From Camelus dromedarius (lineage: Eukaryota): a stretch of DNA of 64,000 nucleotides. The translations under genes and the position numbers were made by a program. Location: positions 67,642,001-67,706,000 of the forward strand of contig NC_087445.1 in the NCBI RefSeq assembly GCF_036321535.1, read 5' to 3'. Shown here one piece after another: positions 1-12,915 of the stretch (position 1 is its first letter; every line of letters begins with the position of its first letter). The notes under the pieces are model-generated. The model saw only the letters and a program-made list of their open reading frames with translations, searched no databases and was not told the DNA's origin.

Positions 1-706
1 AAAAAAAGTGACGTGTAGGAAAAAGGTGATGGCGAGTGTGAGGCGAGTGTACAAAATCAGGAGGAAGTTCTGATGCCTTTGTTAGAAGCGCATGTGATTC
101 GGAGTTCATGAATGACCAAGGTGAAGAAGGTGCAAAGAGCATCTCAATGATTCTCAGAGTCCAAGAGGTAAAAACAAATTGATGATTTAGGACATACCCT
201 ACTCATTCTGGCTCTGTGATCTGAGAGAAACATCTATGGATTTTCGTGAAGAGATTGCTGTGAAATGCAAAGCCAAGCCTTTCCAACAAGGTCCTCAGAG
301 GAAACATTCTTCTCAAGTCTTCTGAAGGTCCTCAGAGGAGGCCTAGGGGGCAATCTGCCAAGATCTAATTGAGTCCCAGTGATCCTAGGGGATCTGTAGT
401 ATTTGCATGTAGTCTGCTTGCTGATAGCCTGGCTTATTTCAACATTAGTATTTTCTTATGGACAGTAGTTCTTAATTTACAGACACCCCTGACTTTCCTA
501 GAGCAGTTGGATGGCCTAGAGGAGACTGGGCACTCTCTGACGAGGCATGTACATTTTATATGTAGGTAGAAAAGTGCTTTTTTTTCCCCTGGGGGATGAT
601 ATACATCAATATAGTTAGATTCTCACGATGATCCTTGATTTAAGATAGACTGAACCATCTATGCAGAGGACTGATGCTCAGGAAGTACTCCATGAATCTC
701 CATTAG

Positions 707-1723
<1,017 letters not shown>

Positions 1724-2106
1724 CTCCATTAGGTTTTAATAGTCATGTTAGTGGTGATGAGTTCTGCATTAGCAAGTGCCCAGAGGACCACTCTTCTGAA
1801 TGTCTAGTAAGGGCTGAGCAATTAGCATTCACCGTCAGCCATGCAAGGCTAGGACTGAGATCTGACTGGGGAGGTTGAGGGGTCTTTGAAAATCTAGTTA
1901 ATGCGACTGGGATCCTGTGGAGTGGGTCAGAACACCCTTGTCGGCTTAGGAGGTTAACTGACTTCTGCTTGGATGTGAGCCTGGAACATTCCCCTGATAA
2001 ATCCAAGCCTCCCATAGAAGGGGAATCTGATGTCTGTTCTAACTCAATGCTCGAAGCCACCAAATTTCTTTGCCAAAGAACAGGACCACTATCATTTTAG
2101 CCTGGA

Positions 2107-2888
2107 ACTTTTTTTTTTTTTAACTTTTTTTTATTGATTTATAATCATTTTACAATGTTGTGTCAAATTCCAGTGTACAGCACAATTTTTCAGTTACACA
2201 CGAACATATATATATTCATTGCCACATTTTTTTCTCTGTGAGCTACCATAAGATCTTGTGTATATTTCCCTGTGCTGTACAGTATAATCTTGTTTATCTA
2301 TTCTACATTTTGAAATCCCAGTCTGTCTCTTCCCACCCCTGCCCCCTTGGCAACCACAAGTTTATATTCTATGTCTGTGAGTCTATTTCTGTTTTGGATT
2401 TATGCTTTGTGTGTGCTTTTTTTTTTTAGATTCCACACGTGAGCGATCTCATATGGCATTTTTCTTTCTCTTTCTGGCTTACTTCACTTAGAATGNNNNN
2501 NNNNNNNNNNNNNNNNNNNNNNNNNNNNNNNNNNNNNNNNNNNNNNNNNNNNNNNNNNNNNNNNNNNNNNNNNNNNNNNNNNNNNNNNNNNNNNNNNNNN
2601 NNNNNNNNNNNNNNNNNNNNNNNNNNNNNNNNNNNNNNNNNNNNNNNNNNNNNNNNNNNNNNNNNNNNNNNNNNNNNNNNNNNNTTTTGAAGTAGGGTTC
2701 CTTCTGGATATATGCCCAGGAGCGGGATTCCTGGGTCATACAGTAANNNNNNNNNNNNNNNNNNNNNNNNNNNNNNNNNNNNNNNNNNNNNNNNNNNNNN
2801 NNNNNNNNNNNNNNNNNNNNNNNNNNNNNNNNNNNNNNNNNNNNNNNNNNNNNNNNNNNNNNNNNNNNNNNNNNNNNNNNNNNTTTTG
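2107..2888 (-). mobile_element. Young camelid L1, 5'-truncated 3' end (partly masked)
   Basis: T-tail at 2107-2132, then the reverse complement of the same L1 3'UTR seen at 54600-54930 and 63100-63457, then ORF2 C-terminus. Confidence 0.88.
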
Positions 2889-3079
2889 TAGTACTGTGTT
2901 TAAGTTTCAGAAGTAGTGTATGCTCATTGTAGAATATTCAAATAATTCAGATGTTTAGTTAGTAAAATTCTCCCCTCCCAGTTCCAAAGAACTATTCCAT
3001 TTATACACAAATACGTACAAACACAAATATGAAACCATGCTTTTGTACTGTTCTGTAACTTCTTCCTTGTAAAATAGAT

Positions 3080-3950
3080 AATGGCAGTATTCCATAAAAT
3101 AACCCATGTTCTAATCTGTGAACTTCTGTATGTCCTTCCATTCATTTGTCTTACTAAATTTTATTCAATCATGTTTTATAATTGTCTGTATAGAGATCCT
3201 CCATATCTTCATCTGATTTATCTCTAAGTAAATCATTAGATTTGTCTCATTTTTCATGTAATTTAAATAAGATCTTCTTTTAAAAAAAATCATGTTTTTG
3301 TAGCTTTATGGAAAAACAATCTATTTTTGTACAGTGATTTTGTATCCAGGAACTTTGCTAAACTCACATTAATTATAATGATTTATGTATAAAATTTTTT
3401 AGATTTAATGAATTTATAACAGTGGTATCTGTGAATAAATGCAGTTATGTCTTGCTCTCAAATCTTTATGCCTTTTTTTTTTGCCTTACTGTATTGACTA
3501 GAAATTTCAATATAGAAATTGTAATAGTGGGAATTCTTGTCTCATTCCAAATCTCAGCGAGAAAGCATTACCTGTTTTATCTTTAAATGTGATGTTTGCT
3601 ATAATTTTTGTAAACTACTCTTTATCAAATAAAGTAAGTGCTCTTTTCCCCCTAGTTTGCTAAGTTTTTATTAAATTATAAATTAATGCTAAATTTCATC
3701 AAAAGTTACATCTACATTTGTTATACTAATATGATTTTCTCCTTTATTCTATTAATGCAGTGAATTACAGTATTGATTTAGACTGTTTAAACAATAATGC
3801 CATATTGAAAGAAATCCTACATGCCATGAAATACTTTAATTTTTGTATATTGTTGTATTTTATCTGCTAGTGTTTTGTTTGGGATGTTCATGAGTGAGAT
3901 TGGGCTCTAACTTTCCTTTATTGTAACAACTCTTTCAGATTTTAGTATTG
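3080..3950 (-). mobile_element. Old degraded L1M ORF2 fragment
   Basis: Degenerate antisense ORF2 motifs (e.g. ttaaatgtgatgtttgctata, gggatgttcatgagtgagattgg). Confidence 0.65.
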
Positions 3951-4914
3951 CAATGCCTATTCTGCTTGACCGTGAAGGCTGAGTCTTAGATAGGGACCGG
4001 GTGTCAAATTTGTGTGCCACAACAGGCTTCTCTCAGCATCAATAAACATGACTTCACAGTAAGATAAATGAGGAGCTACACAACACGTACTGCAATAACA
4101 CTGTGGAAGTCTTGTTTATCTTCTGTGCATCTTCGTACATCCAGAAAAATCTCCTAGGAGAATGTGAATGGTCGTGAGAGTCAAGCCAGGCTCCCACAGG
4201 TCAAGAATTGCACCAGGTCTGGGGTCTCTCCGGCTTTCATATCTTAATGATCATGTAGCCCTCTCCGGGATGTATTTTTAGGTCCTTCTTTTCTGTGCAG
4301 ATGCCCTTTGTCGATTACTGGTTACCCAATAACCAATCCCGCTAAAGAGCACAGCATCCTGGTTCACTACATAGCAGGATCCTAATTTATCTTACATCTG
4401 ATATACTGCTATACATTCTCTGAATTACTGTTGCAAGATGTGCAAACAAGAGTCAAATCCTCAGGTTTTTCTGGAGGATGAAAATTGATTATGGTCCACT
4501 TGTTAATTATTTCCTTCCGTTTACCTCTGACTGTTGTCTATACTTCCTTGCCATAGATTCCTTAAGCATTTAAAATGTAATTCTAAATATAGTAACTTCT
4601 ACAATACTTGATGCATGAAAATAGACCTCTTAAAACTCTGAAACACTAGAACCTCTATCATCCAATTAGGAATTGATATTCTTTTCCAACAATCACTATG
4701 TGATTGACTATATTCCCTCACAAGATTTCTGATATACCTTTTTCAGCTGGACTATATCCTCCCTCTTTTTTTTTTATAGACTTCCACGGAGGCATTCGGT
4801 TGTATATATCACTTTTCTTAAGATAAAATTACCTTTTCTAGCCAATAAGTCTCCATGGGCATTATATCAATTGGAAATTTTAGTTTGACTTCCCCCCAAA
4901 TCTTATAATTCTGG

Positions 4915-7228
4915 CAACCTATTTATTTATTTAAAAATAAAGTTGACATACAATATTATGTTAGCTTTAGGAGTGCTACATAGTAATTTGACATTTGCAT
5001 ACACTATGAAATGACCACCATGATAACTCTAGTAACCCTCTGTCCCCACACAAAGTTATTACAGTATTATTGACCATGTTTCTGATGCTGTATATTACAT
5101 TCCCCCTAGCTTATTTATTTATAAATGGAAGTTTGTACTTCTTAATCATCTTCAACTATTCCTTCTGCTCTCTCCACATCTGTTCCCTCTGGCAACCAGC
5201 TGTTTGTTTTCTGTATCTACGAGTCTGTTTTCATTTTGTTTTGTTTATTTGTATGTTTGAGTTTTTTTAGATTCCATATTAATGTGAGATTGTACGGTAT
5301 TTGTGCTACTCTGTCTGACTAATAAGTTCTAATTTCACTTAGCATNNNNNNNNNNNNNNNNNNNNNNNNNNNNNNNNNNNNNNNNNNNNNNNNNNNNNNN
5401 NNNNNNNNNNNNNNNNNNNNNNNNNNNNNNNNNNNNNNNNNNNNNNNNNNNNNNNNNNNNNNNNNNNNNNNNNNCATTCACCTATGAGTGAGCACTTAGG
5501 TTGTTTCCATATCTTGGCTATTGTAAATAATGCCACAATGAACATTGGAATGCAGATATCTTTTCAAATTAGTGCTTTTGTTTTCTTCAGGTAAATACAC
5601 AGAAGTGGAATTGCTGGGTCATAAAGCAGTTCTATTTTTGAGTTTTTAGGGAACCTCCATATTGCTTTCTATAGCGGCTTCACCAATTTATGATCCCACN
5701 NNNNNNNNNNNNNNNNNNNNNNNNNNNNNNNNNNNNNNNNNNNNNNNNNNNNNNNNNNNNNNNNNNNNNNNNNNNNNNNNNNNNNNNNNNNNNNNNNNNN
5801 NNNNNNNNNNNNNNNNNNNNNNNNNNNNNNNNNNNNNNNNNNNNNNNNNNNNNNNNNNNNNNNNNNNNNNNNNNNNNNNNNNNNNNNNNNNNNNNNNNNN
5901 AGGTCCTCTGTCCATCTTTTAATTGAGTTGTTTGATTTTTTGATGTTGAGTTTTTTGTGTTCTATGCCTAGTTTGGATATTATTAACCTTTTATCAGACA
6001 TATCATTTCAAATATCTTTTCCTATTCAGTGGGCTGCCTTTTCATTTCATTGAGAGTTCCTTTTCTTGTGCAAAAGCTTTTTAGTTTAACGTAACTCCAT
6101 TTGTTCATTTTTCCTTTTGTTTTCTGAGGACAGATTTAAAAATATTACTAAGACCAGTGTCAAAGAGCAGATTGTATATGTTTTCTTCTAGAAGTTTTTT
6201 GACTTTGGGTCTTACATTTAAGTATTTATTCCATTTTGAGTTTATTTTTGTATATTGTGTAAGAAAGGAGTCCAATTTGATTTTTTTTTGTTTGTAGCTG
6301 TCATGTTTTCCCAACACCATTTACTGATGAAGCTGTCTTTCCCCCGTTGTATACTTTTGCCTCCTTTGTCATAGGTTAATTGTCCATATAAGTATGGGTT
6401 TAATTCTGGGCTTTCTATTCTGTTCCATTGAACAGTTTTTGTGCCAGTCCCATACTGTTTTGATTACTGTTGCATTGCAGTATAATGTAAAATCAGGGGG
6501 TGTGCTACCTCCAGCTTTATTCTTTGGTCTGTTCAGGCTGTCTGCCTGGCCTGGCAGGGCTTGGGGCTGCTACTGGCCTTTAGTGTGTGTGTTGAGCATC
6601 AGGCACTAATAGGCTAGAAAGAGAATTCCAAAATGGCATTTGCCAGCGGGAGTGTTATTGTGGTAGAACAAGCTAATAAAAGGGTGACACTATCAACTCC
6701 ATCCCTGGGGCAGGGTTGTCCCAGTTGCCTCTTGCCTCTCTGGGAGTCTCTCCAAGATCAACATGTGGATCTGACCCAGACCCCTTTCAAACTACTTCCT
6801 CTGTACTGGGACTTGGAGCATATGAGATTTTGTGCATGCCCACTAATAGTTCTAATAGCAGTCCAGCTCTCCTGAATGTAAGTCCAGCTGCTTTTCAAAG
6901 CCAGATGTTCCAGGGGCTCGACTTCCCAGTGCAGGACCCCCTGGCTGGGATGCCCGATATGAGGCTCAGATACCTCCCTCCTTGGGGACAGCCTCTCATT
7001 TGTGGGTTGCTGATCTGGGGATGTAGGTCCTGATTATATCGCATCTCTGCCCTTCTCACCTGTCTCATTGTGGTTCCTTCTTTATGTCTTTAGTTGTGAT
7101 AAATCTTTTCTGCTAGTCTTCAGGGCATTCTCATATATATTTACTCTATAAATAGCTGTAATTTTAGGGTGTCTGTGGGAGGAGGTGAGTTCATGGTCTG
7201 CTTAGTCTGCCATCTTGGCCACCTCTCT
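4915..7228 (-). mobile_element. L1 with 3' end joined directly to 5'UTR (large internal deletion)
   Basis: 3'UTR and ORF2 C-terminus at 4915-6524 (antisense of ...KKSNNSIKRWTED...). Abrupt switch after cctccagctttattcttt to a GC-richer L1 5'UTR ending in gccatcttggcc (antisense of the YY1-containing start). Confidence 0.78.
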
Positions 7229-7429
7229 GCAACCATTTCATACCTACATTCCATTTTTGTTTATTTTTATAACTCAGTCAGAAAAACTTTACTATGCCAT
7301 ATAGCTGTGGCAGAGAGATTAAATGACATTTAACACATCTACATTAGTTACTATAACAATGCCAATTTAACTTTTTTAGCAAAAATACCATTTTCTCATA
7401 TATCATTTATTTTCCATAACTGGTATAAT

Positions 7430-8990
7430 TACTAAAAGTCATGGCTCAGGAAATTCTAGGTTCCATGTGGTCTGGGGGCATAATTGTACTTCATTGGACA
7501 AAGAGCAAGTTTTATATTAACTCTGGATTTAGGTATCTTTGTAGAGAAGTGCCCATCTCTCTTCCACCAGGGTAATCCAAAATTGATCCTTAACCTGTTC
7601 AAATTCTCCCAATTATAATATAGAGAGCCAATTATACTTTTAACACTGGGGTTCTGAGGGAGGATCAGTAAATACCATGCTTACCAGTAAAATCTTGCCA
7701 TCATTTAGGCTATCTTTAGTGTTCCCACAAATAAGCCTCCTCTTACCTAAGCCTGTAGCCCAGTTGGCCACTGCTGTTTAAATATATAGGATGCTATTTC
7801 CATCAAAATGGCGGCAGTTCCTTCCTGGGTGAGGGTATGTGTTTTTTTCTGACAGTTATTGACAAGCTAGTTGCTGAGTCAGTTTAGTAAATGCATATAC
7901 ATAGTCTATTCAAACATTGCTTCATCATACTTCCGGGCCATATGCCAAGTTCAGTCAGTTTCCTGGAGAGGACTCCCTCTAGTGACCATTTAGATTATGA
8001 GTCTCCAGGAAAGTTAATTTCTACTTGACTCTACACACTTAATCACGTTCCCAACTTCTCAAGTCCCTCTTAGTCCTCTGGGCCAATGTTATGCAATCAC
8101 AAGTGTTGTTGTCATGACTACCCATGGCGTGACACTAATTCAAGCACACTACGTGCACCCAAATAGTGTTGTCTCCCTCAAGCGATTGCCAGGTGAGCAT
8201 ATTCACTTAGCAGGTGCAGTTCAGTTCAAGCATAACAAAGTCTTCCCACAAACATTTTTTCCTGAAGTTTCAGGGTGAAATCATCATTGATATGTGACAA
8301 CTCCCTCACACGAGCTTTCACTTCTTAGACTTCATTGTGATTCCTTGAATTTCTGCCAGCATAATCTTCCACCCACATTCTTATTGGGTGTGATTAAAAG
8401 AGAAAATTCAATTCCAACATACTGGGCAGAAGACAGAAACATGTCTCCCTCAAACTTAGGAACCAGGGAGTCATCGTGGTTACAGAAACGTAATGTAGCA
8501 GCTGTTAGCTGACAGTCACAGTGTGTTCAGAAAGGTTAAAAGGCAGGAATCCTCTTAGTGCTACAGAGACTTAGCATGATAAACATCACAAAATATGACT
8601 AAGAAGATTCAACTGCAGGGGTCCTCTTAGGGTTACAGAGATTCAGTAGGATAAATGTAACAACAAAATGTCCCATTCTACTATGATCCAGGCAGGTCAT
8701 CAAGGAACTCTGATTGATGTATTCTTTCCAGATTATATAAATAAGGTCTCGAGAAATTGTTCTAGCGTGGCTTTGGTTCAGTTCTCCTTCTCAGGGGAGA
8801 ATGAATCCTGGAGCATCTTGGCGGTGATTCAGTACCTCACATGAGAAAAACAGCTAAGAATATTACTATCATCCCCTGACCCTTTCCTACCATTATTTCC
8901 CATTATGTGATCTCTTTTCAACACTCACAGTCCTCTCACTTTTCCCAATTACTGCCTTAAACCAGACTGGGTTTCTTTGGCTAGAAATCT
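7430..8990 (-). mobile_element. Possible degraded ERV internal sequence
   Basis: Balanced-composition stretch without intact ORF, resembling MER-type ERV1 internal segments; contains a 2-copy ~72-nt imperfect repeat (8551-8670). Family not confidently recognised. Confidence 0.3.
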
Positions 8991-8999
8991 CTGGTTCAG

Positions 9000-10230
9000 C
9001 TATACTGCCCTCTACAGGCAAGTGGCAGCATGTCTTTTCACATATGGTATTGGCTATTGAGTATCTTCTTTTGTACAATATTCAAATTTGTGGCCACTTT
9101 AAAAAATTGAGTTGTATGCTTTTTCACATTGATTTGTTTGAGTTCTTTATATATTCTGGATATGTCTGTGTCAGATACATGCATCATGAGTATTTTTTCC
9201 CTTTTTACTTTCTTTTTTGGGGGGGTTTATATATATATTTTTATTGGAGTATAGTCAGTTTACAATGTTGTGTCAATGTCTGGTGTACAGCACAATGTTT
9301 CAGTCATACATGAACATACATATATTCGTTTTCATATCCTTTTTCACCATAGGTTACTACAAGATATTGAATATAGTCCCCTGGGCTATACAGTATAAAC
9401 TTGTTTATCTATTTTTTATATATTAGTTAGTATCTGTAAATCTTCTCCCTTTTCACTTCTGGTTTTTTTTTTTTTTGCAAGATATGTGTATTTATTTTTT
9501 AAAATTTTTAAAATTTCTTTACATGAACATACATATATTCATTGCCCTGTTCACTTTCTTAAGTTGTCTTTCAATGAGCAGAAGTTTTATATTTAATAAA
9601 TCAATTTAATAATATTTTGTATTTAGTCCTTTTTGTTTCCTGATTATTTCCAAGATATTCCCTCATCTCGCTTTGCTGTACACATGAAACTAACACTGTA
9701 CATTGACACTTCAATAAAAAAGAGAATTAATAAAAAAAGAAATATTCACTCATCTCAGAATCACAGATATTTTACAAATATATATTTATATATATTCTGG
9801 TTTTTTTTAAAGAAATTTTATAGTTTTAGTCCACACATTTAGGTCGATGAGCCACTTTGAATTAATTTTTGTGTATGGCGTGGAGTAAGGGATCAAGTTT
9901 AATTGTTTTCCATGTGCTTCTCAAGTTTCTCCAGCTGCATGTAGTCCATGAGCCCTACTCTCCCCTCAAACTGCATTGACACTTTGCCAAAAATGAAATG
10001 ACTGTGTTAATAAAGATTTATTTCTGGGCTCTCTATTCTATTACATTGATCTATTTACGTATTCCTATATAAATCACACATATTAATTACTTTAGCTTTG
10101 TGGTCAGTCCTGAAATTTGGAAATGTGTGTTCTCCAACTTTGTGATTTTCCTTCAAGGTTGTCTTGACTGTTTGAAGGTCGTTTTCATTTCCATTCAGGT
10201 TTTAGAGTTGGCTTGTCTGTTTCCAAGGAC
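9000..10230 (-). mobile_element. Old L1M ORF2 fragment with a young L1 3' fragment (9228-9440) nested in it
   Basis: Antisense ORF2 motifs (gttctttatatattctggata, ttgaattaatttttgtgtatgg); homologous to 18182-18790, which lacks the nested young piece. Confidence 0.75.
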
Positions 10231-10813
10231 AATGACTAAGCACCTGTGCCCAGGCTTGGAGTAAAGTGCCTGGAATCAGGGTCTGCTCTCCTAAAGCCCA
10301 AGCGGGGGCAGCGTGGCCAGGTTTGGTGCAGGCTATCTACAGACTGTGGTGAGGGGAGGGGATGACAAGGAACACATCAGAGTGACTGCTTATTTCCCAC
10401 GGAAAACAGTTGATGCAGTAGAACAGTGAACTATGTCCTTAAAGTTCCAAAAGTTTTGGTACCTGGAATGCTATACCCTATTAAATTACCATTCAAATGA
10501 AAGAACCAAATAAAGATGCTGTTCAGATTTGCAAGCACCTAAAAAGTTTCTCTTCAGCTGGTATCTTACAAAGAAAGTCTCTCACCATTGCAATGGCCAT
10601 CTAATTTATTAATAATTTTAAATTCCATGAGCTATAAATATTTATTTGCAAAAATTCAGACATTACAAATATGTATAAAGAAGTGGAAATTCTCTCCCTT
10701 TCTGTCCCCCCTCCTTGCACATCCATTCTTATGCCAGAGACTATACACACATAGATATTCATACAATTTTTAAAAACATAGTGGATTAATACTTTTATAC
10801 TTTGTTCTACATC

Positions 10814-10941
10814 TTTTATTTTTTCCTTTGGGGGGGTAATTAGATTTATTTGTTTATTTATTTGATGGAGGTACTGGGGATCAAACCCAAGACCTCATGC
10901 ATGCTAAGTATGTGCTCTACCACTGAACTGTACCCTGCCCC
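10814..10941 (-). mobile_element. Vic-1-type camelid tRNA-Ala-derived SINE
   Basis: Antisense A-box/B-box head (tactggggatcaaaccc...gctaag...ctctaccactga); TSD ttgttctacatc / ttgttctatgtc (10802-10813, 10945-10956); absent at the paralogous site near 19390. Confidence 0.9.
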
Positions 10942-11970
10942 ACCTTGTTCTATGTCGTTGCTTTTCTACTTAATGGCTTTTCAAGGAAGTGATAGAGCTG
11001 TATTTGATTCTTCCAACATATTATATATTGTTACATTCTATATAATTAACCATAAATAATTTATTTATTCCCTTCTGATAGGATTTTAGGTTGCTGCCAA
11101 TTTTTAATCTCTTAAACCGGGATTCATTGAAAAAAATCTCAATTCTATATACATTTATGATAATATTTTTACAAAGCAGACTTCTAAGAGTGGGAATTTC
11201 TAGAATAAGGTATTAAATCACTTATTTTTAAACATTTAGCTTTAGGGATAGAGGGAGGGGAGAAAGTTTCCAGCATCCTCCCTTCACCACTGTGGAATGG
11301 ACAGTTTTCATGTCATCACTCTTTGCTTGTTTTTTTCTGGCCATTAGGGTTTTTAATTGCATGGTGAAAAAATAAGAGAAATTTGAAAAGAAATAAATCC
11401 ATTAGCAAGATAATGAAGGAAGGATAGAAAGATAAGGAAAGAGTAACAGTGAAAACAATTTATAAGCAAGAAAGTTTTTTAAAGAGAAAAACAAGGAATT
11501 ATAAAAACCCTCAATTTGAGAAAATTAGCTAAATATGCCCCACCTACTCTTTCTTCTCTTCACTCATTCTTTCCACCTTCAAATATTTTCAAAGACATTC
11601 AACAGGTATAAATTAAGTAATTATTTTTAAGCAGTATATTGAAATGTGAAGGCCCTTGGAGGATAAGTCTTAATAAAAGACAGAAATTTGTTCAGGAAAT
11701 ACCTGTAGGGAAAGGGTTAGTTTAAAGCAGTATTTGGAAGATGAGATGTCATGAATTTTCATAAGAAAGAGGGGAAATAGTAAGGGAAGAGGATTATGAG
11801 TTAAGCAGAGACAAGGCCAACTGGTGGGCCGTCATCAATGGATGTGCCTGCCCACAGTAGAAATAGCCTTGTCTCCCATGGCTTAAAAATGCTGACCTCC
11901 AAGAGCTTGATTGCTCACCAAGATCCAATAGAAACCAGAGTTAAGTGGAGCCAGTTCCACTGTGTGTTCA

Positions 11971-12915
11971 TCAAGAGGGTGCTGCCTGGGGTTTCCTCCT
12001 GCCCTTCAGCTTCCTCAGGCCCTGCTTCAGGTCTTTGTTTCTCAGGCTGTAGATGAAAGGGTTGAGCATGGAGGACAGAACTGTGTAGACAATCGTTGCC
12101 ATGTGGTCCCTGACGGTGTAGGTGGACACGGGCTGTAAATAGACATAGAAGATGCTTCCATAAAAGAGTGTTACCACAGTGAGGTGAGAACCGCAAGTGG
12201 AGAAGGCTTTGCGTTTCCCAGCAGCTGAAGGAATGTTGAAAACAGTGATGAGGATTCGTGTGTAAGAGAAAGCAATGAATAGAAAGGGGGTCACCAAAAT
12301 AACAGATCCTTCAATCATTATCACAATTTCATTGACAAATGTGGAGGAGCAGGACAATTTCATCAGAGGGCTGAGGTCGCAGAGAAAGTGGTGGATAACA
12401 TTAGAGTCACAGAAGTTGAGCTGATTCAGCAGAAGTGTGTGTAGGAGTGAGTGGAGGTGAGGCAATGAGCAGGAGAAGGCCACCAGGAGGACACAGCGGT
12501 GGTGGCTCATGATGGTGACATAGTGGAAGGGGTCACAGATGGCCACATAGCGGTCAAAGGCCATGACTGCTAGAAGGCAGCTGTCAGTGTTGCCCAAAGC
12601 ATATATAAAATACATCTGGGTCAGACACCCAGCATAGGCGATGGTCTTCCCCGACAAGAAGTTGACCAGCATCCTGGGAACAATGGTCGTTGAGAAGCAA
12701 ATGTCAGTGAATGATAGGAAACTCAAGAAGAAATACATGGGGGTCTTGAGCTGGGGGTCAGAGCGGATGGCCAGGATGATGAGCAGGTTCCCTATTATTG
12801 TGATGAGGTACATGGTGAGGAAGAGGATAAAGAGTGGCATCTGGTCCTCAGGCCGGGAGGAGAGTCCCAGGAGGATGAATTCAGAGACACTGCTGGTTTG
12901 GTTGACTCTTTCCAT
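11971..12915 (-). CDS. OR1L8: Olfactory receptor OR1L8-like, copy 1 (314 aa)
   Basis: MERVNQTSSVSEFILLGLSSRPEDQ; motifs [40 protein letters not shown]; intact frame. The ORF-track extension to 13029 starts at GTG and is not counted. Symbol marks closest family member, not proven orthology. Confidence 0.93.
   Translation of the reverse strand: MERVNQTSSVSEFILLGLSSRPEDQMPLFILFLTMYLITIIGNLLIILAIRSDPQLKTPMYFFLSFLSFTDICFSTTIVPRMLVNFLSGKTIAYAGCLTQMYFIYALGNTDSCLLAVMAFDRYVAICDPFHYVTIMSHHRCVLLVAFSCSLPHLHSLLHTLLLNQLNFCDSNVIHHFLCDLSPLMKLSCSSTFVNEIVIMIEGSVILVTPFLFIAFSYTRILITVFNIPSAAGKRKAFSTCGSHLTVVTLFYGSIFYVYLQPVSTYTVRDHMATIVYTVLSSMLNPFIYSLRNKDLKQGLRKLKGRRKPQAAPS

Noticed and set aside
3990-4260. Faint OR-like minus-strand words (FLTCGS...EDKQDFHSVIAV)
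   Set aside because: Only fragmentary similarity with stops and no other OR motif; cannot be distinguished from chance.
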